This document shows positions 27,321 through 40,089 of a stretch of DNA of 64,000 bases, piece after piece. The position numbers and the translations under genes are program-made. This DNA comes from Blasia pusilla. Its lineage: Eukaryota. Each line of letters begins with the position of its first letter. Positions within the stretch are counted from its first letter, which is position 1. Below the pieces are notes generated by a model. It was given only the letters and a program-made list of their open reading frames with translations. It had not been told where the DNA came from and did no database searches. The stretch lies in assembly GCA_050084515.1 (NCBI GenBank), contig CM114271.1, positions 18,414,001 through 18,478,000 on the forward strand, in the 5' to 3' direction.

Positions 27321-27936
27321 GCTAGGGGGATGATTGGAGATATTTTGGTACTTCTCATCTCGTTGTGTGGATTCCATGAGTAAACATGGGATCGTGCGTG
27401 TTTGTGTGTATGTTTGGTGACAACAATATATGTTGTGTAATGATGTGTATGCACAAGACGATTGTCACGTTTATTAGGATAGATCAATGAGATCTAGTAG
27501 AGCGCCTTTGGACATAGTGTAGGAAAACCTAATGAGATCAAGGGTGACGTGCTGAGACCACCAGTAACCTGAGAGAGCAGGATTCCCCTTCGTTTCGGCT
27601 CATTTGGAGCCATATAGAGAAACTTACTATTTTGGGTAAGTTTCCATTTATACTGTAGTTGAATTTACACTTTGGGAATTTGCCCTTGATCTGCTACAAT
27701 AGGTCAAGTGACAAGGAGGTGACCTGCAAGCATAGGTTACCGTGGAGAGGGCTTGGGAGAGGGAAGGGGGTATACCTCCAAGAAAGAGAGTTTGAGAGCT
27801 CATTCTCTCTTGGAGATATTTTGGTACTTCTCATCTCGTTGTGTGGATTTCATGAGTTAGCATGGGATCGTGTATGTTTGTGTGTATGTTCGACGACAAT
27901 GATCTATGTTGTGTAGTAATGTGTATGCGGACGACA
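27321..27936 (+). mobile_element. Terminal purine tract-A-B-A structure of a related element
   Basis: gctaggggga is followed by A (27335-27460), the spacer AT, B starting TGTCACG at 27463, and a second A (~27811-27936) ending GACGACA. Confidence 0.75.
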
Positions 27937-28459
27937 GAGTATATGGGGCCTAAGAATTGTTGAAATCAAAGTCGGATGTTTAGAATTGAGAAAGCTGTGC
28001 AATGCAATATATTTGACAAGATTTGAAGAGGGGGGGGGGGCTTCTCAATCTTGGTGGAATTGCTGAAGAGTGGAGCAATTGTGACTCAGATTTTAGGGAC
28101 GGAGTTCCTAAGACAATTATGGTGAGGAAATCCGTGTCAATCGTGACCTAATTGAGTGTGGGCAAGTCAGCGAGTGTGTGGGCACTTCGTTTCCGATTTT
28201 GAGTGATGCTTGATTCTAGAGCAAATCATATGAATGTTGAGCATGAGGAAAATCAAGCAAAAAGTGAAAGTAAGGAGGGCACAATGATGCTCGATTATGC
28301 TGTATTTTGTGAGATCTTAATTCGCCATTGGAACGATTGCGAAAATTGAGTCCGACGGTGAAAATGAGACGGGGAACGGAGCTCATTTGAGGAAGATTCC
28401 AAAGATTCTATGAGATGATTGGATCAGCGGTGTGGAAAGCAGCGCTAGAGTTATTGTGC

Positions 28460-29480
28460 GAGGCATCAAAACTTAAGTTTTGATAGCCCTTATGTCGAAA
28501 GGTGAAAGGAGGATCTTCTCACTCTATCGGAACTCAAGTTTTGATTCCCCTTGTTGGTGAATGTGGCTCAAGGCAAAGAAGAGGCTATGTGGTGTAGCTT
28601 TCCCTCGATCAGTAAGAGGTTGGAAAGTTTTGGGTGCCGCTAGTGTGGAGGAACTAGTGCCACTAGTTTGGATCCTTTATTGGAGTGTAGCTAGGACTGC
28701 TATCCATGGAGTTAGTGGAGTTGAGTGAGGTATGGAACTTACGTTCCAATTCAGGAAGAGCCCTCCCCTGAGGTAGTGGGAATTACTGCACGTGCCAGTT
28801 TCCCCGCATACGGCTCAAATGACAAAGAGGAAGTACAGGGCGCGGCACGACATGGCTCGGCAAGGACGACAAGGAGATGCAAAAGATATTTGGAACTCAG
28901 GTTCCAATTTGAGCATAGTTGAGCCAAGGCGTGGTTGCACTGCGTGTGGTCATCTCAACGGTGTAGGAGAGATTGGCACGGCTGGAGTGACAAGGAGGAT
29001 TTGGAACTCAAGTTCCAATTCTATCTCAATTGGAGAATAGTGGAGCATTTGAAGTGTAGTTGACTTCTATGGCGTGGCACAGGCGGCGTAGAATAGTGAA
29101 GTGAAGTGAGGAGGCAATTGGAACTTCAGTTCCAATTCCGCTCTTTACTTGTGGGTCTTCTCTACCAAGAGGAGGAGAGGATAGGAAGGAGGTAATCGAA
29201 ACTCTAGTTCCCATTCCGCTCCTCAGTTGTGTTGGGTTCTCTCTAGAGGGAGGGGGAGAGGATAGTGAAGGCAATCAAAACTCAAGTTTTGATCCTCTTT
29301 GCCGCAGCCCAAGACGTGAGGTCGAGATATTCTGCAGCATGATATTTAGAGGAAGGAGAGAAGAATTGAAACTCAAGTTCCGATTTCGCGGATTCTCAAT
29401 TGGGGCGCGGTTCTTCTTCAAGTGCGGTGATCGATAGGAAGGAGGAAGAATCAAAACTCTAGTTCCTATTCCGCGGCTTC
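28460..29480. repeat. Dispersed palindromic motif AATTGGAACT-NN-AGTTCCAATT (about 10 variants)
   Basis: Copies at ~28509, 28735, 28891, 29002, 29116, 29198, 29277, 29368 and 29453. Confidence 0.75.
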
Positions 29481-30098
29481 TTCAAGTGAGTGCGGCTCCT
29501 TCTATTAGGTGCAGAGGAGCGCGGTGTGTGAAATAGAGAGAGGGAGGAGTTAGCAATTGGAATTGGAGGCTTCAAGGCGAGAGAGGTGTTGAAGTACGAG
29601 TGGGTGTGAGAGGCGTGGAAGGTGCGAGGCGCCAACAAGCCAACTTTCTGGTGGCGTGAGGACTTGGCAAGCTGGTCGTGATCCTGTTCAAGATAACTTC
29701 CTAGTCACCAATCCCAGTTCTATTCCTCCAAAGTGTGCTTAATCGAAGAGTTCTTTTTCATGTTGTGTTACCAACACATCGACAAGGAGGTGATGCCTAG
29801 CTGTTGCACACTCGGGAATTTACTCGCTTACCTTGATGCTTATGGAGATTTTTGAGGGTAATTTTTGGGTGACACACATATTTTTAGTTCTTTTTTTAGT
29901 GCACGACACTACCGTGACTATTGTAGAGAACTTGGTAGGACGGATGTATACCACACTAGTCAAAATTGGCTTAGTGTGCAGGCTATTTTCCGTGTGTAGG
30001 CTATTTTCCAAGTGTTGATCTCAAGTGAGATAGGTGGGTGTGTGTCCATAGTTTGGGCATTTTCTAATGTAGAGCTAATGGCTCGGGAGTGAGTAATA

Positions 30099-30290
30099 TT
30101 AGTTTGCACGTTTCACGTTATATATAGTTGGGAGGATGCCCCAACTATATATAGTTGGGGCATATCCATTGTCTCCAAGGAACCCTAGTAAAAGGTGGTG
30201 CAAACATGCCATATGCCATCCTCTCAAACATCCATCACATACTAGCATAGCGATTGCACAACGGAACCACACAACATACATCGCAATCCT
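30099..30290 (-). pseudogene. Isolated PHD-finger fragment of the Gypsy family
   Basis: MLVCDGCLRGWHMACL matches the PHD at 41878-42015. Confidence 0.75.
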
Positions 30291-30469
30291 ACAAGAACTA
30301 CTGCTAAGCTCGGATCAACTGTACCGCGAATGTTCAGAAGATGACATGGATGACAAGAATGCAACTAACGATAGAGCCACCTCCAAGAGATAGAGCTTGA
30401 GAGCTCATTCTCTATTTGTAAATTGATCAAACCTCTCACAACAACAAAATCTCACATGGTGTGCATAGT

Positions 30470-30690
<221 letters not shown>

Positions 30691-30769
30691 CAAGAGAGAG
30701 AAAGAGAGCAAGGAGGACCATAGTTCCGCCGCCTCATGCGAAGAGGTTCAACAAAGAAAGAATAAGCTT

Positions 30770-31116
30770 TCAAGCTCTTTCTCTTCGATGTATACCCCCT
30801 TCCTTCTCCCAAGCCCTCTCCACAATAACCTATACTTGCAGGTCATCTCCTTGGCCCTTGACCTACTACAGCAGGTCAAGGGTCATATTTGACTTTCCAC
30901 TTCCCAAAGTGGAAAGTCAACTATACCAAAAATGGTATCTTACTCTAAATAGTAAGTTCCTCAATATGGCTCCAAATGAGCCGAAACGAAGGGGAAACCT
31001 ACTCTCTTAGGTTACTCGTGGCCTCAACAAGTCATCCTAGACCTCCTGAGTCTGTCCTTTGGTATCTTCAAAGGCACTCTACTAGATCTTGTCGATCTAT
31101 CCTAACAGACGTGACA
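30770..31116 (-). repeat. Block B copy of the 27.5 kb subfamily
   Basis: Reverse complement of 27463-27800; starts TGTCACGTCTGTTAGGATAGATC at 31116. Confidence 0.8.
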
Positions 31117-31473
31117 ACTCCCACATGGTCAAGATACACTAGCTTGGAGTTCTTGCAAACGCCACAACACCACAATTATGCTCCACACAAGAAATTGAGT
31201 CCCATTTTCTCTTCTATTGAGAACGAGTGTGCATCTTCTTGAGGATATAAAGTTGAATCCAAATTGTAAACTCTAAGGAAATGTGCAATCAACCGTGCTT
31301 CTTCCAAACAACCATATTCATAAATCGGATATACACTATTGCAACAGTAAGAGAAAGTGTACACAAGGACTCCCAAAATGTGTGTGATCTTACACTCCTA
31401 GCCCACTCTTCAAGAGAGAATCCAGGCTTAATACATGCAAGCTGCATTGTAAGACAGATTCCAACACAGTCTG

Positions 31474-32492
31474 GTATAGTAAAATCATCCACTCTGTAAA
31501 CTCCTCTCCCATTAAGTGTTAAAGAGAGTTTTACTAGTATTAAATAAATTAGCTTAGGAAAATAAATTTTACATGTTTAAACCTCTTCAGGGTGGCTCAT
31601 TTGTGCGAGCCCAACTTTAGAAAAAGAGGTAATAAATAAGACATGGGAGTATAAAAGTAAGTAGTAGGGTAGGTGTATTAATGAAAGAAAAGCAAAACTA
31701 GTCTTGGTTGGTGGCAAGGGTAGTCAGGGTAGTTTAGAAGATATGAAATAAGTTGATGAGGATATTTTGAAAGAGATAACGTATAATCTACTTGTGTCAA
31801 AATGGGATTGGCTAAGCCTTGAGAGGAAGACATGTGGCACAAGATAAGATTAGCCTTATTTTGTATTCTTGGCGATCCCTTGAGAATATATAAAGAGATG
31901 ATTTTTTTAAATGTTCATCATCTTCCACTTCATTTCTTTAGTCTCCCTTATTGCTCTTGAGTGGATGAAGCCCATCTTGGATATATGGAAATTGGCTTGT
32001 TTGGTCTTCCAACGAGTGTGGATTATCCATCTTGGATGGATGGAAATTAGCTTGTTTGGTCTCCCAATGAGTGTGGATTACCCATCTTGGGAGAATCACT
32101 TGGTTGAGTTCTATTCTTCGAGAGTTTCAAGAGTCTGATATGAAATGGTTATTAAGGGAGAGAAGTAGTCTTAGGGGAGTTTTATCATGGTAGGGATAGT
32201 AGATGGTTCTGGCTTGTTCTTTTTCCAATGAGAGTGGATCATCCTTCTTGGGATAGCAACTCCGCCAAAACTCATTCTTTAGGAGAGTAGAGGATGTCCG
32301 TTAAGTATGGATAGATGTGGAGCACGAGTCGTACATGATTTTCCTTTCCTTAATCCATATCACGTTTTCGTATAGTAAAATCACCCACTTTGCAAACTCC
32401 TCTCTCATTAAGTGTTAGTGAGAGTTTTATTAGTATTAAATAAATTGACTTAGAAAAATAATTTTTTCATGTTTAAACCTCTTTATGGTGCA
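31474..32492 (+). mobile_element. Decayed LTR of the second Gypsy family, with its start repeated in tandem
   Basis: Reverse complement of ~13460-14280. The gtatagtaaaatca...ctcctctc..attaagtgtt start occurs at 31474 and again at ~32370. Confidence 0.7.
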
Positions 32493-35400
32493 AAAGAGTG
32501 GGTTATCACACGCCGCTTCTACCGTTGTTGAGAAGGTCAAGAAGAAGGTAATATACCACATCCTAAAGTATGCTTTAATATGAACACTTTCACATACTTT
32601 TTCTCTCTCTCACTAAAACTCGTTTGGTGTAGATAAAGATAAGATTTATCATACTCATGCAAGCATTAGTGAGAAAGGCAAGTGACAGTTATAAATTCCC
32701 AAGGTGAATCTCTCTACCAATTCTTGTTTTCATTTTATGATATATTTATTTCATTTTTTCTTGCTGAAATATGGATACAAAAATTATGTAAACCTCGCTA
32801 AAAAGAAGTGGAGATTGTGAGAATAAGTTGCATAATTTATTATTGTACATCCTATTTGTTGTATAGGTGAAGCAATAATAGACATACATGTTCCACCAGA
32901 ACTGAAGAAGAAGGTTAAGATAGCCAACGAATTGGTTGGGAGTGTGGGTAGTATGTCAAAGTGTGATCTAAAAGTGCTGAACACCAAGAAGCAAAGGGTA
33001 AATATTAAAGCTTTGCTCCATTTGCAAGTAGAGTTTATGTGTTCTTTGTGGACATGTGACAACACTATGCATGCATGTGTGTTTCCTTTTTCATTTTCAT
33101 GTACCCAACTAGGTGAGGCTTGGGGGTTTGGGGTTTAGGACCATAAGCCTCACCCAACCAGGTGAGGCTTGTGGGCTTTTCAAGGAAGTTATCTATAGAT
33201 GGATGGAGCTTCACCAAGATAATGAATGTGGTTATAATAGTTAATCAACTATTGGAATGTTTTTATGGTGGCATTTAATCAATTATTTTGGATTGGCATG
33301 TGTAGTGATATTTGGGAGATGTGTATCCATGGGAAGGATATTGGTCTTGGATTGGTCAAGGTGGACCTAAAGGATACAATGTATTCTGACTACAACTATG
33401 GGAGCCGAACACAATGGATGAACATGCTCAACTCACACTAGGAGATGCGATAAGGACTTCTATCATTTGGCTAGAGTTAAATGAAAAAAAGCTTGCTTAT
33501 TAGATATTCTGATTTTGATAACTTTTCAGAGCTTTGGAGATGGCACAATGACTTCTTCAAGCCATTCTTTTATCTTATTTCCACAGTTTTCATTCAATCT
33601 CTATTTTGCTAATTTCCATATTGAGAAGATTGTGACTCTTATCTATAAGGACTCCTTAGGTTGGGATTTTATTGTACACAACGGAGCTATGAATCTACAT
33701 ATATGTCATCTTCACGATTGTGATTGTGTCACATCTGAGTAGCCGATAAGCCGAGATCTATCGTGGATAGGCGTAGGATCCAGCGGACTATCTTGAGTGT
33801 AACTTTGTCCCACAGTGTCGGATGAGGTTGAGGATAGATCCATTGTGTCAGGAACGTTGTTTCTGACAACTTTCATGTTGAGGTCTTTCACAGCCGGATG
33901 ACTTGTTGACCAGGTCACCCGCCCCTGGTAACCTGTGCGCGCAAATTACCAAGGGGAGGGCTATTTTTAGGGGAAGAGCCTTTTGGCTCTTCCCAACCCT
34001 ATATAAGAGAGGAAGATGGCTTTCTTAAGCCATCTTTCTCATGTTAGGCCCTTGGAGCACCTCCCTTGTATGTGTGTGAGATAGGACTAGGGTGCTAGCG
34101 TCCGGATTCCTTGACAGCACAGGGTGGACGAGGCTCGATATGCCGATGTAGATTGAGGAGTGGAGTTTTAGGCCAGGTGTGCTGTTCTTACTACTCTTTA
34201 TTTTTACATGAGAAAGATGGCAGGGGGCTAGTGGGAATTCGTTGTTTGCAGGAAGGCAAGCGAGTTGCCTTCGTCGAGAGCCCCTCGAGACGCGTGTGTT
34301 GCGGGTGTTTGTCATTTTTCTGTTTGGAAGGCCGTGGGCGGAAGCGCTGTCCTTTTTTCTTATATTTTTGTGGTGCAGATTGATGGGGACAAGAAAGAGG
34401 TGTAAGAGTTGCAGTTGCGGACGGGCAGTATAACATTGTCTACTAGCCGGAATGTCGGGATTTTGTAGGAAGGAGAGTTAGGGCTTGCAACCGCCGAGGG
34501 GCTCTGAAGTAAAGGGCGGCTAGGTCGTGAAGGCTAGGGTTAGGGCGACGAGCGTGTACGGGCGGCAGACGGGTGGTGACGAGCGGCAACGAGCGCTCAC
34601 GAGCGCGGGCAGGCGGCGACAGGCGCTGACGGGCGGCGACAGGCACGGACGGCGCGCGCGCCCCCTGCAGGTAGGCCACGGTGGTCGTGGGCCACCTCTC
34701 CTCCCGTTTAGGGCCAAGGTCCCAAGGTGCGGGCCAAGGTTCCCCCCATTTAGGTAACGTGGTGGCAGGGAGGATGTCGATGTGGTGAGTGACCGATATA
34801 GTTGGACAACGGACGTGGATGATGTTGAGCTACGTGGTTGAAAGTTCGGATGTGGTCGGGCAAGGCCGGATGTGGTCAGGGTCATGTTCACGTGGTCGGA
34901 CAGGGCGTACGTGGTAGGAGTGGAGCCCGACCAGGGTGTGTCAGGTTACATGCCGCGTGTGGGGATGGACGGAGAGGTTTGCATGGCATGATGTTTTTGG
35001 GGCGCGACACGGCATTGCGAGAGTTTACGATGGAGGGGCAGTGCGCATGATGCCGACGGGTTGTCTGCATCTGTTGACGGGAGGATCGACGTGTTGGTAA
35101 GAGGAGAGTGTTGTGTTGCGGAGGTTGTCATATCATATGGAGGAGTGCATGTTGACGGTGCAGCAGGTTGGAGGGCGTGATCACGTTACCCTTTTGAGTC
35201 CCTTTTCCCGCACTTGTCATGTGTGATTGAGAGTGTTGGGTATCGGGTAGTAGCTGGTGCTAGGTGGGTGCAGTGATGGTGACGAGTGTAGATTCTGTTC
35301 ATGTGTAGCATGTTGGTGGATATACGGCGGTTGTCGAGTAGGGGTCGCATGTATGACCCGAGAGAGTGTTGCTAGGTTAGATGAGTCAGTTGGGAGGCTC

Positions 35401-35739
35401 ACGGTGAGCCCGAGTGTTGAGTATGCGTGAGGCCGGGTGTGTCATCACGGGATTGAAGTTAGCATAGGTGAGCTAGTGAGGAGTGTGGAAGACTCTCGAT
35501 GAGTCTGAGTGCTTGAGCAGGTGAGACAGGGTTGTCATCACGGCATTCTTCCAGGGATCAGAAGAACGGGGTAGTGCGAGCAGTAGTAATGGTGTGACAC
35601 GGAGTGGAGTGAGATACCGAGGGGTTACCAGTGAGGAGCTACCTCGACATCCATCCGTGGCAGGATCGTCATCACTAGACATTGGGTCGGGTGACGAGAT
35701 CGCAGACAGAGACAGTAGTACTTGGCAGGAGATGGACAA

Positions 35740-37320
35740 CATGGGCCATCGGGGCATGCGTCGTTTCTTGGGTGCAGTGGGCACCATAGACTAAGATGAT
35801 TTTATCTAGGAGTTCGACACGTGGTGCGACTTCCAGGAGATACCGACCCCGACGCGGTTCAACCCTTTCATGTCATGGAAGGGGTTGTTCCAGCACTTGG
35901 AGGATCCTCCGATGGATGACTACATGGAGTTTCGATCACTATATTCAGTAGAGATTGATGCCTGGAGGATGTATTGGGCTCCAGTGTATGTGTCCACTAG
36001 TGGTCGCGAGGCATATGATGGGATTGTGAGAGGAGGGAGACCCACACCATGAGCCCGAAGACTAGATGGAGAGGAGGGCAGTGACACAGGCGATGTGGCA
36101 GAGACCTCTAGTGGTAGAGGGCAACCCAGCTTCAGCCCCACAGTGGAGTTCTTCCGACAGTTGGGGAAGAGCTACCAGGGCGTACGCACCGACAAGCTGA
36201 AGAGTCTGCAGGATTTTCAGCGACGATCGGGTGAGAGTCTGAGACAGGAATTCACATGCATGAGGAGGCTGATTATTGCTACGTTTGGAGTGACTGAGAC
36301 GCAGTCACTGTAGTATTGGTAGGGGGTTCTGGATCAAGAACTACGGAGGAGAGTCCAAGATGAGGTGCTGATTCACACAACGAAGCCCACATTGAAGGTG
36401 GTCTTTGAGTTTTCTGAGCGTATTGAGCTCAACATGAGTGAGGAGCAAGTAGTGACCGCTGGATTTCTCGAGAGTCGACGGGTCCACGAGCGACGGTCAC
36501 CCCACAGGTGCCACAGCAATCACTAGTACCACGGGAGCGGGCCAGTGTGCCCACAGAGCAGGGCGGGTATCGTGAGCCTATGAGGCAACAACCCGTACCT
36601 ATATATGTTGCCCAGCAGGGAACGATGTGGTCTTGTTGGACGTGTGGAGGGGCCCCTAGGCATAGAGACTGCCCACAGCATGGGAGAGGACCACTAGTGC
36701 CTTTGATTGCTCAGGAGCCATAGAGGATGGCCCCACCACAGATATGGTCATACTAGGGATAGATGTTTTGACCTTCGCCGAGGGGCACGTCCAGAGGTAG
36801 GCCGAGAGCATGGGGGCGGTCGTCCTGCAGGAGGTCGGGGAGTTCTTCCTGGACGTGGTGGTAGAGGACCACCACCAGCCATAGGAGATGGAGTAGGAGC
36901 ACCAGAGCCGGCACTTCTCTGCCTAGAGAGCAGGGCGGGTACCGTGAGCCTATGAGGCAACGACCCGCACCTACATATGTTGCCCAATAGGGACCGACGT
37001 GGTCTTGTTGGACGTTTGGAGGGGCCCATAGGCAGAGAGACTGCCCATAGCATGGGAGAGGACCACCAACGCCTCTGATTGCTCAGGAGCCACAAAGGAT
37101 GGCCCCACCACAGCACCAGTGTGACCATTGCCACAGATATGGTCACACTAGGGATAGATGTTTTGACCTTCGCCGAGGGGCACGTCGTCGGAGGTAGGCC
37201 GAGGCCTGGGCGTCGTCTGCGGGCAGAGGTCGGGAGTTCTTCCTGGACGTGGTGGTAGAGGACCACCACTAGCCAGAGGAGATGGAGGAGGAGCACCAGA
37301 GCCGGCACTTCTCTCACGCA
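35740..37320 (+). pseudogene. gag with zinc knuckles
   Basis: LKSLQDFQRRSGESLRQEF is a retrotransposon gag motif. Knuckle-like motifs CWTCGG...HRDCP and CDHCHRYGHTRDRC are present. There are many stops. Confidence 0.8.
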
Positions 37321-37718
37321 TCGATCAGTTGGAGTAGAGGATTGTTGCCATGACGATGATGCAGCTTAGGGAAGGCACGCAGCTGCGAGCAGCTAGTGTG
37401 ACTCCAGCTTCTACCTCTTACCCTGACCCGGGTGAGGATCTTGCTAGTATGGGATTTATGTGTAGTGCAGCCCAGGTTGAGGCAGTTGCAGTGGTGACTC
37501 AGGGTGTTGCAAGAGGCACCGAGCCATCGAGAGGTGGAGTTGAGATTGACCCACCAGAGGGGACCGATGGGCAGCAGGCCAGGGTTCCATAGCCATTCAC
37601 ATTGTCAGAGGCACTACACACACCATCGATGGTGCCTCGACGACCAGCAGTGCCTACAGCTCAGGCACCTATGTCGACGTCACGAGGAGTTGGAGTGACA
37701 ACTCCTATGCCGGCTTGA

Positions 37719-38440
37719 GTGGAGTTAGTGTCAACCATAGTGTTGGAGGTGGCCACCAGAGTGAGTCAGACTCCACTATTTTCCGCCATAGAGTTGGCGA
37801 CGTTGGGAGTTGGACCAGCTGAGGTGTTCTGGTTGGCCGCCACGTTGGGTGAGCATGGAGAGATGACTGCTTCTTGTTCAGAGGAAGTTGAGGAGGTGGT
37901 GGACTTGCCCTCAAAGCCCGTGCTCGGGATGTTCCCCACCGAGTTATGGCATGCGGCGGCGACGAAGTTGGTAGATAGGCCAGCTCGAACGGCCATAGAG
38001 CGAGCAGTGGTGATACTTGGAGTAGTGTTATTGGATAACCGAGCTGGAGTATTTTTCTTGGTTAGTCCGACAGGGACAGTATACCACCCGCAGCGCGTCC
38101 TATTTGCCTCGGGAGCGCAACCCTTGATGTTAGGGAAGGCGGCGTGTTTAGCGTCGGGGTTACGGAAGGCCGACATTAAGCCTTGTCCCTTCCAGATACG
38201 GACCTCGATTGGGGGCGTGTCACCCACGTTGTATATGACTCGACAAGAGATAGTTGTCAGAGTCCAGCCAGAGCATGAGACGGATAGTGCTATGGTGCGC
38301 ACATGTGCGATTACGACACTTGTTGAGTCGTACCATGTGTTGGTGGGGAGTACAGTGTTATATCCCCTAGGATTCATCCTTGACTTCTAGGAGGAGACCG
38401 TTGCTTATCGGCCAGAATGGCAGTCAGGTGACGGCCCGAT
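37719..38440 (+). pseudogene. Retropepsin-type aspartic protease (catalytic Asp lost)
   Basis: RVLFASGAQPLMLG corresponds to the usual LLDSGA motif; VLVGSTVL is the second motif. Confidence 0.7.
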
Positions 38441-38820
38441 GAGTTAGCTACCCGTGCAATTTGCACGACAAGGTGGTCGATCACGAGGCGAGTCTGTGAC
38501 CACGTTGGCGGCTTTCACAGGTAGTGTTAGTTGGCCAGGAGAGTTGTTGGAGGGGAACGCACATGCGGAGATTGTCCCAGTAGCGGATAGTCCCACGGAG
38601 AGACAGGCCATGGCGGGTGTCTCTTCCCATGTTGGCAAGACCTCTTCACCATTGTGGGGTACGACTCGAGAGCTACAGAGGAGTGTCGACGACCTCGTGA
38701 GGCAGGCATGGAGTCATGCTTTGATCTTGAAGCAGCGAGAGTCACGTGGCAATCGGGCTCTTGGCGTGGAGACATTGACTGGATACCACACCCATTGTGT
38801 GGCAGTGCCCAGAGGAGGGT

Positions 38821-39700
38821 GTTAGGGTGTTAGATCTCTTTGGAGGGATTAGCACCGGATTGGCGGGCATACGGGTGCATCAGTACCTTTATGTGGAGAG
38901 AGATGAGACCGCGCTGCGAGTATCATTACGTCACTTGGCGAGATTGGTCCAGAGGTATCTTGAGTTGTTGCCGGTATCTGCAGTACGGGGATATCAGCAT
39001 ACACTACCCGCCAACATCTCTTTGGTGGGGGCGCAGGATCTTGATAGAGTTGGCACCATTCATTTGGTGATTGCTAGATGGCCATGTTAGGGTCATTCAT
39101 CAAGCTGGTCGAGGATTTTGATTGCGGGATCCGAAGTCAAGAATTTTTTGGGAGATGTTGCGAGTAGTACGACACTTGCAGGAGAGTCAGACATGTTCTC
39201 TAACGTACATCTTGGAGAACGTGCCGTTGTTGGAAGACACTCGTGCACGTGTGATGACAAGTGTGTATCAGGTGAGGTCCTGGTTGGGACCTGCTGTGTT
39301 ATTAGATGCGGTGAGAGTTGGATCACGTGCATACGATGGAGTCCATAGAGCACCACATCTCACAGTGGATGCTATTTTGGACTCAGGGCGTCGATCTCAG
39401 GTGGTGACATGGGATGATAGACCACCGTTGGCCATGGCCAATAAGGTGGGGGAGTTGAGGGCAGCCTTACCTACGTTGGTGAGCTTCCCAGCATCCCATG
39501 CCTTTTGTCACAGAGGGCCAGGCATGATTTGGGATGAGGTGACCGGAGCATTGGAGGAGCCTACAGCAGATGAGCACGAGCGCGCCATGGGGTTCGCTAC
39601 TGGTACTACGGCGGTGCCAGGGATGATTGAGGCATCCCGGAGACAAGTATTGGGGAAGGCGATGGACCTTAACTCTCTCACATGGAAAGTCAACCTACGT
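38821..39700 (+). pseudogene. C5 DNA cytosine methyltransferase domain (DNMT3-like), copy 1
   Basis: Motif I VRVLDLFGGISTGL, motif II YLYVE, motif IV HLVIARWPC*GHS, motif VI YILENVP, motif IX EHERAMGF and motif X RRQVLGKAMD occur in canonical order. Confidence 0.92.
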
Positions 39701-40089
39701 ATGGCTGAGCAGAGACGGATGCGAGTGTCATCCATGCCGTCACGTCCACGAGTTGGACCATTGCCTATAGGGTTTGTACATGCATTGGTTGGGGGCAAGA
39801 CGAGGAGAGATAGGCATCCATGGACTTCCATGGACGTTGTTCGAGCAGAGAGTGCGAAGGCGGCTCGGATAGCACATATTCATTTTTTGGATGCGGAGCA
39901 TGGTGTAGGAGGTCAGAGTGGAGTGGTTGTTGCGGAGGTGGCTAGGGTTGCTACATAGCAACCAAAGCCGGAGGTTGCGTCCTCTCCGAGTGAGGTCACG
40001 ATGGAGACTTGGGAGCCTATGATAGGTCTCAAGTTGATAGGAGGAGAGCGACGGCGAGTTCATAGGTTTTTGATAGGGCATGTCAATTT

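Noticed and set aside
37766-38377. 203-aa antisense ORF
   Set aside because: It is a shadow of the plus-strand protease frame with no independent motif.
38821-39700. Host DNMT gene or bacterial restriction-modification contamination
   Set aside because: The domain is intronless, lies between protease and RT, recurs in homologous element copies and decays like them; it is contiguous with plant genes.
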